Assembly (NCBI GenBank): GCA_965215365.1
Contig: CBDCDS010000003.1
Coordinates: 32,001-96,000, forward strand
From: Gammaproteobacteria bacterium
GTDB lineage: Bacteria; Pseudomonadota; Gammaproteobacteria; Eutrophobiales; Eutrophobiaceae
Length of the DNA stretch: 64,000 nucleotides
Reading direction: 5' to 3'
The position numbers were made by a program, and so were the translations under genes. Numbering within the stretch: the first letter of the stretch is position 1; every line of letters starts with the position of its first letter. Of the stretch, positions 40,041 through 50,343 are shown in pieces. Under the pieces are notes generated by a model. It was not told the DNA's origin, searched no databases, and saw only the letters and a program-made list of their open reading frames with translations.

Positions 40041-40068
40041 CGTCATTCTGGCGCAGGCCGGAATCCAG
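40041..40068 (+). repeat. REP-like palindromic repeat
   Basis: CGTCATTCTGGCGCAGGCCGGAATCCAG. Confidence 0.65.
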
Positions 40069-40127
40069 CAGGCGCGCGCAGCACACTGGCCGCGCAACAT
40101 GGTAGAATCCCCGCCAACGAGCGCCCC

Positions 40128-40919
40128 ATGCCAACTCAACCCCAGCAACCCGACATCCCCCCGGCAGACCGGCTCATCGTCGCACTGGATTTCGACCACG
40201 CGCATGAAGCCAACCGTCTGGTCGAACAACTGGATGGTGTCGTCAACTTCTATAAGGTCGGCTGGCAACTATTTTTAGGTGCCGGCTGGCCGTTCATCAG
40301 TGCCTTGCTGGACGCCGGCAGAAAAGTCTTCCTGGATTTGAAAATCAATGACATAGACCGCACCGTACAGGCGGCCCTGGCCAACATGCCGAATGAATTT
40401 GCCGGCCAATTGGAACTGCTGACCATCCATGGCAACAGCGCCACCGTCAAGGCGGCCAAACTGGGCCGCGGCGCCAATGAGAAACCCTATCTGCTGATGC
40501 TCACCGTCCTGTCCAGCATGGACGCCGCCGACCTGCAGGAACTGTCCGCCACCGACGCCAAACCGGACACGGACAGTATTGTCCTACACCGCGCCCAACA
40601 AGCCCTGGACGCCGGCTGCGAGGGCCTGATCGCCTCCGGCAGCTCAGTACGCGCCCTGCGCCGGCAATTCCCCAATCGGCAATTCCTCATCGTCACCCCC
40701 GGCATCCGCCCCGCCCAAAGCAGCCACGACGACCACAAACGCACCCTCACCCCCAGTCAGGCCATCACCAGCGGCGCCGACTACCTCGTAGTAGGCCGTC
40801 CCATCAGCCAGTCACCCAACCCCCTGCAAGCGGCACAGCGGGTTATTGCGGATATGCAAACTAAATCCTCAGGAGGTGATAACATTCGTAACACAACATA
40901 CGTAACACAACATACGTAA
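40128..40919 (+). CDS. pyrF: Orotidine-5'-phosphate decarboxylase
   Basis: LIVALD, FLDLKINDI, VTPGIRP, VVGRPI. Confidence 0.94.
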   Translation: MPTQPQQPDIPPADRLIVALDFDHAHEANRLVEQLDGVVNFYKVGWQLFLGAGWPFISALLDAGRKVFLDLKINDIDRTVQAALANMPNEFAGQLELLTIHGNSATVKAAKLGRGANEKPYLLMLTVLSSMDAADLQELSATDAKPDTDSIVLHRAQQALDAGCEGLIASGSSVRALRRQFPNRQFLIVTPGIRPAQSSHDDHKRTLTPSQAITSGADYLVVGRPISQSPNPLQAAQRVIADMQTKSSGGDNIRNTTYVTQHT

Positions 40920-40927
40920 CACAACAT
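40887..40927 (+). repeat. 14-bp tandem repeat CGTAACACAACATA x3
   Basis: Read directly; spans the pyrF stop codon. Confidence 0.95.
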
Positions 40928-41007
40928 GGAAAATTCTACAGTACGATAGCAAACGCTCTGCGCTATAATGGAATTGAATTATTTAACGACAGGCCATACC
41001 TCTTCTC

Positions 41008-41403
41008 ATGTCCAATCTTCCTAGCTGGCTGGAACAGTTACGTAAAACCGAAATTGTACAATGGAATCAGCAGCCATCCTGGCGTCCTGTATTTATCATT
41101 TTATCGTATCTTTTAGCAAGTCCGACGCTAGATATTGAACAGATGATAAAAGCCTTGGAAGAACTACTGATAAAACTTGGGAGAGGCCAGGTTACGGTTC
41201 TATATACAAATTCAGAACGGCCAGAAGCTAATGAACACTATCCCGATCTCCGCACGAGACTGTGCAAGATCGGTTTTGAAATACTTGAAGATAACACTGG
41301 AATCATCGAAGTCGAGAGGATGCGCGGTACTCGTAAGCGTCCTCTCAAATACGCGTTATTTCATCGTCTTGCGCTAGATACCCTAACGCTTGGAGATAAC
41401 TGA
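41008..41403 (+). CDS. Hypothetical protein (131 aa)
   Basis: ORF after a TATAAT box; stop lies 1 nt before the next ATG. Confidence 0.55.
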   Translation: MSNLPSWLEQLRKTEIVQWNQQPSWRPVFIILSYLLASPTLDIEQMIKALEELLIKLGRGQVTVLYTNSERPEANEHYPDLRTRLCKIGFEILEDNTGIIEVERMRGTRKRPLKYALFHRLALDTLTLGDN

Positions 41404-41404
41404 T

Positions 41405-41706
41405 ATGCGCCTCCCTAGCTGGGATGAAATCAACAAGCAGGAAGACCAGCGCAACGTATTGGAATATCCGCTTGATAAGCCCTTAAAAAATCTGTAAAAG
41501 GCCAAGAATTTGACACAGTGTTCATTCTGGAACTCGAATCTCTTATTCCTTGTGAGACTCCTGCGAATAAACGCGCAATGTACATGATGTGCGCCCGCGC
41601 TCGTGATAACCTTTTCCTCATTTACGGCCCTGATATGCTCTCGGTCGAGGCACAAAAGGCTTTGCCCGGGCCAGATGTGCTAAAGCGCGACTGTGAACTC
41701 CCTTAA
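41405..41706 (+). pseudogene. Internally deleted SF1 (UvrD-like) helicase
   Basis: MRLPSWDEINKQEDQRNVLEYPLDKPL joined out of frame to KSVKGQEFDTVFI...MYMMCARARDNLFL (SF1 motifs V and VI); Walker A/B absent. Confidence 0.75.
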
Positions 41707-44700
41707 AGCCCAGCTGCCACTCCTGGAAGATGAATCCGGATCAGTCGGACTCAGGGGTGATCCTGATGTGCCCCATGAGGTCCAGGCACCGCCCTTGGAA
41801 GATGGGGCGTGCTGGTTAGGACTAGCCACTGATAACCGGCGCCTTTTTGATGCGTTACAGGACGGCTGGTTACGACCTCATCCTTCACAAGGACATGTGG
41901 TAGGAATCAGGGCATACACGGTAGATAGTAAGCAGACCAATGCGGGACATCCAATACGTGTCCGAGTTAAGTTCGATCCTGCTAAATTGCCTGAACTTGG
42001 TACCCAAATTCTACACAATAATGGTTGGCGACCCTCTTGCGTTAAAAAGCTTCAGCCAAAAGACGAAGCGTTGTATTGGCCTGGTGCCCTACCAACTTTC
42101 GCTATCTCAGAGTTATCAGTATCGACCGAAGAAGAGCGTGCACGGTTTATTGGAATGACCGAGATCGCCTCGAATCTGGTATTGCCAGAAGTCCCAATCA
42201 TGGTTGGCATCAAACCTGATGAGCTCTTGGAGGTGGGGATTTCCCCTCCTCATGTTGAAGCAGAAATCGGTATCCCAAGCGATATAGACCCCACCCAAGG
42301 AGCTATTGCCATGGCCGTTTGGGGAGTCCCACGAATCGATCCATGGCTGGATATTCTCGCCGCCAGCTTGGACCCGAAACAACCAGATATGATGGACTTG
42401 GCGAGCAAGGTAGATGCCCCATGGTGGCGGTTCCCGCCTTGGATAATGGCCCAAGACGACGTCAACTCAGAAAACTTTCACATTCACCTTTGGCTGGCTG
42501 CCACCAAGGTGTTTCGGTGCCGAACAAGGGGTGAACGTATCAATCCCGAATTGCTCTCACAGCAAATATATAATATGGCTTCACAAGGTGATTCTGCGGA
42601 AGGTTTGAAGCACGAGCTAAGTAAGTGGCTGGAGAAAACCAATGACATTTTACGCGCCGGGTCACTCATTCATCTCCAGAATTGGCGTCATTGTCCCGTT
42701 GGTATAGCCATCCAATTGGTGCTGACGCGTCCAGAACCATCAAACTTCAAGACCTGGTTTAAGGACATACCACAACTCCCTCCGGCGATTGCCTGGTCGG
42801 CAGCGGTCCTGTGTGGTCTCCTGCACGGATACAGGCGTCTGGATTGCCAATTCCGTGGCGACGCGTTGCAAAGCGAACTTCTGTCCATCCATGCGCTACG
42901 TTTGTGCACTGAGGGGGGGCGCGAGATACATTGGCCCTCTGTCACTGATAGAAAACCCGGTTGGCGAAGAACCACCGACGGTATCATACTATCATGGGAT
43001 GGTCATGATTTTTCTACAAAAACTGAACATGCGCGTGGTCACTGGTTCAACGCAAATTTCAAAGATACGACGGTTGAGACGGAGGCAAAGAAACTTGCGA
43101 CAGATTTAAATTGGCCATGCTTTGTACAAGAGCTTATTCTGAAAGATATAGAACTTGCCTATTCCGGTGGAGGGGCTTTGTCCAGGTTCAATACATATGA
43201 GACTCAGAGGCAGGCTGTGTGAGTTGTTGATAATACTCCATTGGGGTTAATAAACCAATACCGTCATGCGGGCGGTAGGTATTGTAGTATTGCTGATACT
43301 CTGCCAGTTTGCGGTTGATGGCCGCCACGGTCAGTGGACCCTCGTAGAACGGATAGAACTCATAGCGGCTGGTGGCATTGGCGCGTTCTACACAGCCGTT
43401 GTATTCGGGTTTTTTCGGGGGCAGCACGTACAGGGGGATTCCTAAGTCCTGGCAAGCCTGCTCGAACTCATCTTAAGAACTCCGAGCCGCCATCGACCTG
43501 GATAGAACGGATGGGAAACGGCGCCTCTTGGCACAGCGCCTTTAAGAAGCGCCGGGCATTGCCACTGGTGGCCCGACTGTAGGCTCGCAGCGCACTCCAT
43601 TTGCTCACCGGACAGACGGCCTTGAACTCCTTCACCGTGACGCCGTCCGTGAAGCCGACACTCATGTGGTCTATCTGCATCAACTCCCCTGGCGCCTTAG
43701 CCTTCATCCCGTAGCGCCAGCGCTTGGCATGATGGGTAAACGCCCGGCGGCGCTTAGGCTTCACCCGGCCATAGTAAAACGCCACCGGCTTGACCCGACC
43801 TAGCCGCACCAGCTTCGCCACGATGCGCCCGACCGTACTCTCGCTCAAAGTCCAGCCCTGCTCGCGCACCCCCACCCGCCAGAGCTTACGCTTGCCCCAT
43901 AACGGATAACGTTGGCGAAGGTGCAAGACCTGCTGCTCGTGCTGGCGCGTCCATTGCGGCACACGCCGCCGCCGCGGCGCACGAGAGCCACACCCCAGAC
44001 CCTTCAGCCCATGTTCACGATACCGCTTCAACCAACGGTAGTAGGTCGCCCTCGACCAACCTACTGCTGCCAGTGCCGTCGCCTCACCACACCCATCCTC
44101 GCGTAACGTCGCAACCAATTCCAACTGCTGCAAACGACCGAGCGCGTCAGCATCGGTAGTATCATCCACGCGCCAACTGCGATATGATTTCACCCGCAGG
44201 CTTTTGATCTGCATCGGGTAGTCCTCCTGTGTCAATTAGTTGAGATTAATTCACACACAGACTACCCGATTTCTTTATCTAAAGAGTCTTACTTGTTTCT
44301 GAACCCGGACAGGCTTTGAGGCAGTGCTCTGAACCGGATGCATTAGTCAAGGTTGATGGAGAAATACGAGTGCAGTTGCCGAAAGGCCTGAAAATTGACG
44401 AAAAGCTTGATATTAAGCAGTTTCTCCACCTCATAGCTACAGAGGCAGGAAAACTACCCGACCCGCCTAAGGTCTCGCCAGTAGTCGAGACACAAACCCC
44501 ACAATTTGATGTCCCTGGCTTGAGGTATATCCCGGATTTTCTGAGCGTGGACAAAGAAGAAGAGCTTGTCAAAATTATCGATAGTCAAAAATGGGGCGTC
44601 GGATTGAAACGACGCGTTCAGCATTACGGCTGGCGTTATGATTACAAAGCTCGCCAAATTGATGAGTCCATGTATCTCGGCGACCTGCCGGACTGGGCAG

Positions 44701-45068
44701 ATGAACTCGCCCATCGGCTTGTTTCAAAAAAGCTTGTGCGTCAACTTCCCGACCAAGTTATAGTAAATGAATACATTGACAATCAAGGCATCGCTGGTCA
44801 TACTGATAGTGACAGCTTTGCTGATGATATTGTCACGATCAGCCTATGCGATTCATGGCAGATGATCTTTCGCAAAAAAGGAGTAGAAGGCAAGACAGTA
44901 GTACGTTTACTCGAACAACGTAGCGCTACGGTCCTGAGTGGCGAAGCCCGGTATGACTGGACGCATGAAATACCGAAGAGAAAAACAGAACCCTCTGTCT
45001 CAGGTAAGAAACGTCAATATAGAAAGCGCCGCATTTCGCTGACTTTTCGCAGAGTTAATAGAAAATAA
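41693..45068 (+). pseudogene. Unknown N-terminal domain fused to AlkB-family 2OG-Fe(II) dioxygenase, split by an IS
   Basis: Removing 43179-44316 restores the frame ...YSGGGAL-RQCSEPD... (745 aa). C-terminus has RRVQHYGW.Y, NEY, HTD, WTHEI, RISLTFR. Confidence 0.85.
43179..44311 (-). mobile_element. IS481-family insertion sequence (1133 bp) with frameshifted transposase
   Basis: TGT...ACA ends with imperfect ~26-bp IRs (TGTCCAGGTTCA / TGTCCGGGTTCA) and a GGCTT target duplication. HTH plus rve motifs GELMQIDH, IQVDGGSEF, NGCVERAN, YN..RPH; frame break near 43470. Confidence 0.92.
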
Positions 45069-45081
45069 AGCCCTGAAAAAC

Positions 45082-45110
45082 CTGACTTGGCAACAGTGCT
45101 ATTGTATAAT
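45082..45110 (+). promoter_or_regulatory. Putative promoter of mod-res
   Basis: CTGACT-17 nt-TATAAT. Confidence 0.5.
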
Positions 45111-45141
45111 ACAAGCCCGACAGTCACCCGTTCTTCGCTCA

Positions 45142-46977
45142 ATGCCGACACTCGATTTCAAAGGAAAACAAGTAGTTTATGCACACCATCTGAGTGTGCC
45201 GTATCGGACTCTGGAGCTGAACCGTAAAAAGTCCTGTTTTACGAAGGATGGCTCAGAAGAGGGCAACCTGATTATCCATGGCGATAACCTGCACGCGCTC
45301 AAGGCGCTGCTGCCGCGCTATGCCGGGCGGGTGAACTGCATCTACATCGACCCGCCGTATAACACCGGCAATGAAGGCTGGATGTATAACGATAATGTCA
45401 ATTCAGACATTATGAAGCGCTGGTTACAGGAAAACGGCGAGGTGGACCGGGAGGACCCGGAGCGACATGACAAGTGGCTGTGCATGATGTGGCCGCGCCT
45501 GCAACTGTTGCGCGAACTGCTGGCCGAAGACGGCGTGATCTTTATCTCGATTGATGATAATGAGCAACATCGTTTGCGCTTGTTGATGGATGAGATTTTC
45601 GGCGAGGAGAATTTTGTCACCAACGTCATCTGGCAGAAAAAATATAGCCCGGCGAATGATGCGAAGTACTTATCGGACAACCACGACTTCGTGGTCTGTT
45701 ATGCAAGGAATAAATCGGACAATGGTGATAATGGAGAGCGCGCGAGTGCATGGCAACGTAATCTTCTGCCGCGCACGGAAAAGGCGAACAGTCATTACAG
45801 AGATGATGATAACGATGGCAGGGGGCCCTGGCGGTCAAGTGATTTAAGTGTCAAGACCTACGCCGCAAAGTATGACTATCCGATCGTTAATCCTGATACC
45901 GGACAGGAGTATCTTCCACCGGAAGGGAGGTGCTGGGTAACAAGCAGGGAACAAATGCAAACATGGATTGACGACAACAGGATATTCTTTCCGCCAGGGG
46001 GGAGAAGCGTTCCCAGAATGAAGCGTTACCTGAGCGAAGTACAGCAGGGTATTGTACCGCTGACCATCTGGACCTATGACGAAGTAGGACACACCGATGG
46101 CGCCCGTAAGCTCATTAAGGAGATTTTCAGCGACCGGCAGCAGCCCTTCGACAACCCTAAAGCGTTAGGCTTGTTGCAGCGAATTATTACCATTGCGGCG
46201 GATAAAAACGCCACTATCCTGGACTCCTTTGCCGGTTCCGGCACCACTGCCCACGCAGCGCTGGCCCTGAACAAGCAGGATGGCGGCAAGCGCAGGTTTA
46301 TCCTGGTGGAATGTGAAGACTACGCCGACAGCATCACCGCCGAACGTACCCGTCGGATTATCGAGGGGTATAAATTTACCGGCGCCAAAAAGACAGAATT
46401 AGTGCGGGAAAAGATTACTTGGTCGAAACTCCAAAAAGCGGATAGATTGATTGAACAGGTCGAGGAAGTGGAACAACTGAATGCCCGTTACTATGACACC
46501 ATCAAGAAAGAAGTAAAAAATGGTGAACTCATTGTCACCGGAGGGAAAGCAATCACCGAGAAGGTTTCGGGTCTTGGCGGCGGTTTCGGCTACTACACCC
46601 TGGGCGAAGAACTCAACATCGAAAATCTTATCACGGGCAAAAGCATCCCGGACTACGACTCATTGGCGCGTCACGTCACCTACACTGCAACCGGCGTCAC
46701 ACTGGAAAAAATCAAATCCGGCAAGGATTATCTTTTCGGCGAAACGGAGGACTATTGCCTGTATATGATTTATCGGCCGGACTTAACCTTCCTGCGTTCC
46801 GCTGAATCTGCGTTAACGCTGAGTCTGGCCGAGCGCATCGGTAACACAGCACAGCAAAAACACAAGACTGCGCTGGTGTTTGCGCCGTGGAAATTTGTCT
46901 CCCAGAAAGACCTGAGCAAACAGAAGATCACTTTCTGTCAGTTGCCCTACGCAATACATCGTCTGCTGGGGGACTGA
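45142..46977 (+). CDS. mod: Type III R-M methyltransferase (Mod)
   Basis: GDNL.ALK, IYIDPPYNTG, ISIDDNE, LDSFAGSGTT (beta-class order). Confidence 0.94.
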   Translation: MPTLDFKGKQVVYAHHLSVPYRTLELNRKKSCFTKDGSEEGNLIIHGDNLHALKALLPRYAGRVNCIYIDPPYNTGNEGWMYNDNVNSDIMKRWLQENGEVDREDPERHDKWLCMMWPRLQLLRELLAEDGVIFISIDDNEQHRLRLLMDEIFGEENFVTNVIWQKKYSPANDAKYLSDNHDFVVCYARNKSDNGDNGERASAWQRNLLPRTEKANSHYRDDDNDGRGPWRSSDLSVKTYAAKYDYPIVNPDTGQEYLPPEGRCWVTSREQMQTWIDDNRIFFPPGGRSVPRMKRYLSEVQQGIVPLTIWTYDEVGHTDGARKLIKEIFSDRQQPFDNPKALGLLQRIITIAADKNATILDSFAGSGTTAHAALALNKQDGGKRRFILVECEDYADSITAERTRRIIEGYKFTGAKKTELVREKITWSKLQKADRLIEQVEEVEQLNARYYDTIKKEVKNGELIVTGGKAITEKVSGLGGGFGYYTLGEELNIENLITGKSIPDYDSLARHVTYTATGVTLEKIKSGKDYLFGETEDYCLYMIYRPDLTFLRSAESALTLSLAERIGNTAQQKHKTALVFAPWKFVSQKDLSKQKITFCQLPYAIHRLLGD

Positions 46978-46980
46978 TTT

Positions 46981-49545
46981 ATGCGTCCCAAGGAGTTTCA
47001 GACGCAGGCATTGGAAACATTTGAACAATGCCTTGCCGAGTTGAAAGTACAGCAGGATGAAACGGCGAAACGCGTCAATGCGCTGCAACAGGCCGGGGTA
47101 TCCGTCAATGAAGACGACCGCGACTATTTCGCCAATACCTGGCAGGAGTTAAGCCGGCGCGGTCTGTTGCCCCGTGTCAAGGATGGGGATGGCGCCTTGT
47201 CAGTTCCGCCCTACGTCAGGCGCCAGGACAGCCAGGGCAGAACCATCCCCCACGTTTGCATGAAGCTGCCTACCGGCGGCGGCAAGACCTTGCTCGGCGC
47301 TGCCGCCATCGAACGACTACGGCCAGCGGCCGGCCTGATACTCTGGATTACGCCATCCCGCGCCATTTTCCGACAAACCTGGCGGGCGTTTGCTCAGCGT
47401 TTGCATCCTTACCGGCAAGCCCTGGAACGCGCCTGCGGCGGCTGCGTGAAGTTGCTGAAGAAAACCGACGCGTTCACCCTTGCCGATGTGCAGAACCACC
47501 TGTGCATCATGCCGCTGATGCTACAGGCCGCGGACCGGCAGGATAGGAACTTCCTCAAAATTTTTCGCGACTCCGGTCATTACCCCTCTTTCTTTCCCGA
47601 ACCGGACGATAAACCGGCCAATGATAATTTGCTGACGGAACATCCCGATCTGGAGACGACTGCAACAGCGGCAGTCAAACACAGTCTGTTTAACGTGATC
47701 AAAACCACCCGTCCTATCATCGTTCTGGACGAGGCACATAATGCGTACACCAGAAAACGGCGTCTGCGTCTGAGCGAGTTCAATCCGCGCTTTGTTCTGG
47801 AACTGTCGGCAACGCCGGAGCTCGGAGTCAGCAACATTCTGGTTGACGTGCCGGGCGCAGCCTTGAAACGTGAGGAGATGATCAAGCTGCCGTTGAATAT
47901 ACACAATATTGAAAATGCGGACTGGAAGTACACACTGGCAAAGGCCAAGGAAAAACTGGATAACCTGGAGCAGGAGGCGCGTGATTTACGCGGCGAAAGC
48001 GGGCGCTACATCCGCCCCATTATGTTAATTCGCGTGGAACGGGTAGGGCGCGACCAGCGCGACAGTCAGCATATTCATGCCGAAGATGTGCGTGACTACC
48101 TGAGCACGCAGCTACGGGTGCCGGAAAATTATATCCGGGCTAAAACCGCAGAAAAAGACGAGATAGCTGACGAAGACCTGCTCTCGCCTTATTCCACGGT
48201 ACGTTATATTCTGACTAAGGATGCCTTGCGCGAAGGCTGGGACTGCCCGTTTGCCTACATATTGACCCTGCTCGATTCCACCAGCACGACTCGAGCCTTG
48301 ACACAGATGACCGGACGGGTGCTGCGTCAACCGGATACCGAACTGACCGGACGCGCGCGTCTGGATGAGTCCTGTATTTATTGCTTTGACCGGGATGTGG
48401 GGGAGGCAATACAGAACGTCAAGCGCGGCCTGGAGCAGGAGGGCATGGGCGATTTGAGTGATCTTATCCGCAGTGGTCAGGGTGAGCAGGAAATCGACAG
48501 GGGCGCCAGGTTGATTACGGTACGAAAACGCGCACAGTTCCAGGATATGCAGCTCTTTCTCCCACAGGTCTTGCATCGCGCCGGGCGGCGTTACCGGCCG
48601 TTGGACTACGAAAACGATGTCCTGGGAGAGCTTGACTGGGACTCGATAACAGCCGCGCCGTTGGATATGGATGATGCGGCCATAGCTGAAGTCCGGGAAC
48701 ATCACTCCCTGGTTGATTTGCCTGGTTTCGACCACACTCCAAACCGGGAAAAACCTCATATTCAAAAAAATCTTTCAACCGAATTTTTCAGCCGCCGTAT
48801 TTTTGAGACGCTGCCGAATCCTTATCTGGCCGGACAGGTGGTTGAAGCAATGCTGGACACCTTGCGCCATCGGGATTACACCGATGAAGATATTTTTGAT
48901 CGTCGTTACGACCTTTCCGAGATTCTGAAACGACGTTTGACTGAACTCATTGAGCATGAGAGCCAAGCCATATTTCAGCGCAAGTTGCAGACTCAGGATA
49001 TTCGTTTTGAACTTATCGCCGATGAAGATGGGTTTGAGTTTACCGAAGCGCTGGAGAGAGTGGTGGAAGATAATCAGCTTCAACTTTTCAATCGGGACGG
49101 TGACCCGGTGCAGAAATCCCTGTATGAAAAGGTCTATGCCCGGGAGTTCAACGGCTTGGAAAGAGACTTTGCGATTTATCTGGATGGCTACAGCGCAGTG
49201 ACCTGGTGGCACCGCTTTGCGGCCCGGCAGAACTACGGCCTGCAAGGCTGGAAACGCAACCGGGTCTATCCTGATTTTGTCGTCTTCGTACAGCCCGGTA
49301 ACGACAAAACCCGGCGGGTACTGGTGATTGAGACCAAAGGGCTGCAACTGGCCGGAAATGTCGATACCAAGTACAAGCAAAAATTATTTGAAGCGCTCGA
49401 AACAGCAGCACCACGGGCGGTTGAGTACGGTTCGGTAAAACTGTCAAAGCCGAGACGAAAAAAACATCCCATGTCCTTGACCATGTTGTTTGAGGAGAAT
49501 TACCGACAGGACTTTGAAAAAATTCTGAAAAATTCTAAATGTTGA
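46981..49545 (+). CDS. res: Type III R-M restriction subunit (Res)
   Basis: PTGGGKT, DEAH, SATP, LREGWD, Q..GRVLR; C-terminal YPDF...IETKG PD-(D/E)xK nuclease. Confidence 0.92.
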   Translation: MRPKEFQTQALETFEQCLAELKVQQDETAKRVNALQQAGVSVNEDDRDYFANTWQELSRRGLLPRVKDGDGALSVPPYVRRQDSQGRTIPHVCMKLPTGGGKTLLGAAAIERLRPAAGLILWITPSRAIFRQTWRAFAQRLHPYRQALERACGGCVKLLKKTDAFTLADVQNHLCIMPLMLQAADRQDRNFLKIFRDSGHYPSFFPEPDDKPANDNLLTEHPDLETTATAAVKHSLFNVIKTTRPIIVLDEAHNAYTRKRRLRLSEFNPRFVLELSATPELGVSNILVDVPGAALKREEMIKLPLNIHNIENADWKYTLAKAKEKLDNLEQEARDLRGESGRYIRPIMLIRVERVGRDQRDSQHIHAEDVRDYLSTQLRVPENYIRAKTAEKDEIADEDLLSPYSTVRYILTKDALREGWDCPFAYILTLLDSTSTTRALTQMTGRVLRQPDTELTGRARLDESCIYCFDRDVGEAIQNVKRGLEQEGMGDLSDLIRSGQGEQEIDRGARLITVRKRAQFQDMQLFLPQVLHRAGRRYRPLDYENDVLGELDWDSITAAPLDMDDAAIAEVREHHSLVDLPGFDHTPNREKPHIQKNLSTEFFSRRIFETLPNPYLAGQVVEAMLDTLRHRDYTDEDIFDRRYDLSEILKRRLTELIEHESQAIFQRKLQTQDIRFELIADEDGFEFTEALERVVEDNQLQLFNRDGDPVQKSLYEKVYAREFNGLERDFAIYLDGYSAVTWWHRFAARQNYGLQGWKRNRVYPDFVVFVQPGNDKTRRVLVIETKGLQLAGNVDTKYKQKLFEALETAAPRAVEYGSVKLSKPRRKKHPMSLTMLFEENYRQDFEKILKNSKC

Positions 49546-49577
49546 CTACTTATATAGACCATGTTAGTGTAGTCGGC

Positions 49578-49814
49578 ATGAAGCAGATAAGTGTTTCCCA
49601 ATTCAAAGCCAAGTGCCTTGCAGTCCTGACGCAGGTCTCCAAAACAGGCGCCCCCGTGCTCGTCACCCGCTATGGCAAGCCTGTCGCCCGGGTTGTGCCT
49701 CCTCCCAAACCCGCGGGTGCGGATTGGATTGGCAGTATGAAAGGCACGGGCCGGATTCCAGGCGATATCGTTGGGTCGGTCGGAGATTTGGATGATTGGG
49801 AGGCTCTACGTTGA
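49578..49814 (+). CDS. Phd/YefM-family antitoxin
   Basis: MKQISVSQFKAKCL..L..V...G.PV.VTR.GKPVARVVP. Confidence 0.9.
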   Translation: MKQISVSQFKAKCLAVLTQVSKTGAPVLVTRYGKPVARVVPPPKPAGADWIGSMKGTGRIPGDIVGSVGDLDDWEALR

Positions 49815-49847
49815 CTTCGCAGTGGTGATGGCCATTCCTTGCAAGGC

Positions 49848-50240
49848 ATGAACCTGTTGCTTGATACGCATGTCTGGCTATGGAGCCTGCTGGCACCGGA
49901 TCGTATTCGCGAGGACACGTTGACGCTATTGGCGTCAGAGGCTTCAACCCTCCATCTTTCTTCGATAAGCTGTTGGGAGGTATTGCTACTTGCGGAAAAG
50001 GGCAGGCTCAGGCTTGCGAACAGTGCCGATTCCTGGCTTGTCGAAGCATTGCGCAACAGCCCCGTTGTTGAGGTTCCAATTTCCACGGAAATTGCGATGA
50101 AAAGCAGAAATATCTCCGTGGCAAATCAAGACCCTGCCGACAGATTTATCGCGGCCTCAGCCAGGGTGCTGGATCTTACGTTGGTAACGAGTGACAAAAA
50201 ACTGCTGAGTTGCTCAGAAATCGATGTGTTGAGCGCATAG
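49848..50240 (+). CDS. VapC-family PIN toxin
   Basis: LLLDTHVWLW, S.IS.WE, DPADRFI.A, LVTSD. Confidence 0.92.
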   Translation: MNLLLDTHVWLWSLLAPDRIREDTLTLLASEASTLHLSSISCWEVLLLAEKGRLRLANSADSWLVEALRNSPVVEVPISTEIAMKSRNISVANQDPADRFIAASARVLDLTLVTSDKKLLSCSEIDVLSA

Positions 50241-50280
50241 TTCGAGGCGACGACGGACATATTACCACAATAACAAAAAA

Positions 50281-50305
50281 ATACTTGACTAAAATACTCG
50301 GATAT
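50281..50305 (+). promoter_or_regulatory. IscR type-1 binding site overlapping the -35 element
   Basis: ATACTTGACTAAAATACTCGGATAT resembles the ATASYYGACTRWWWYAGTCRRSTAT consensus; directly upstream of iscR. Confidence 0.75.
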
Positions 50306-50343
50306 GTAACAATACACTTCCTTTAACTTGCAGGGCTGTTGCT

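Noticed and set aside
43440-43490. Programmed frameshift in the transposase
   Set aside because: No slippery run at the break, and IS481 transposases are single ORFs. More likely an inactivating indel or a sequencing error.
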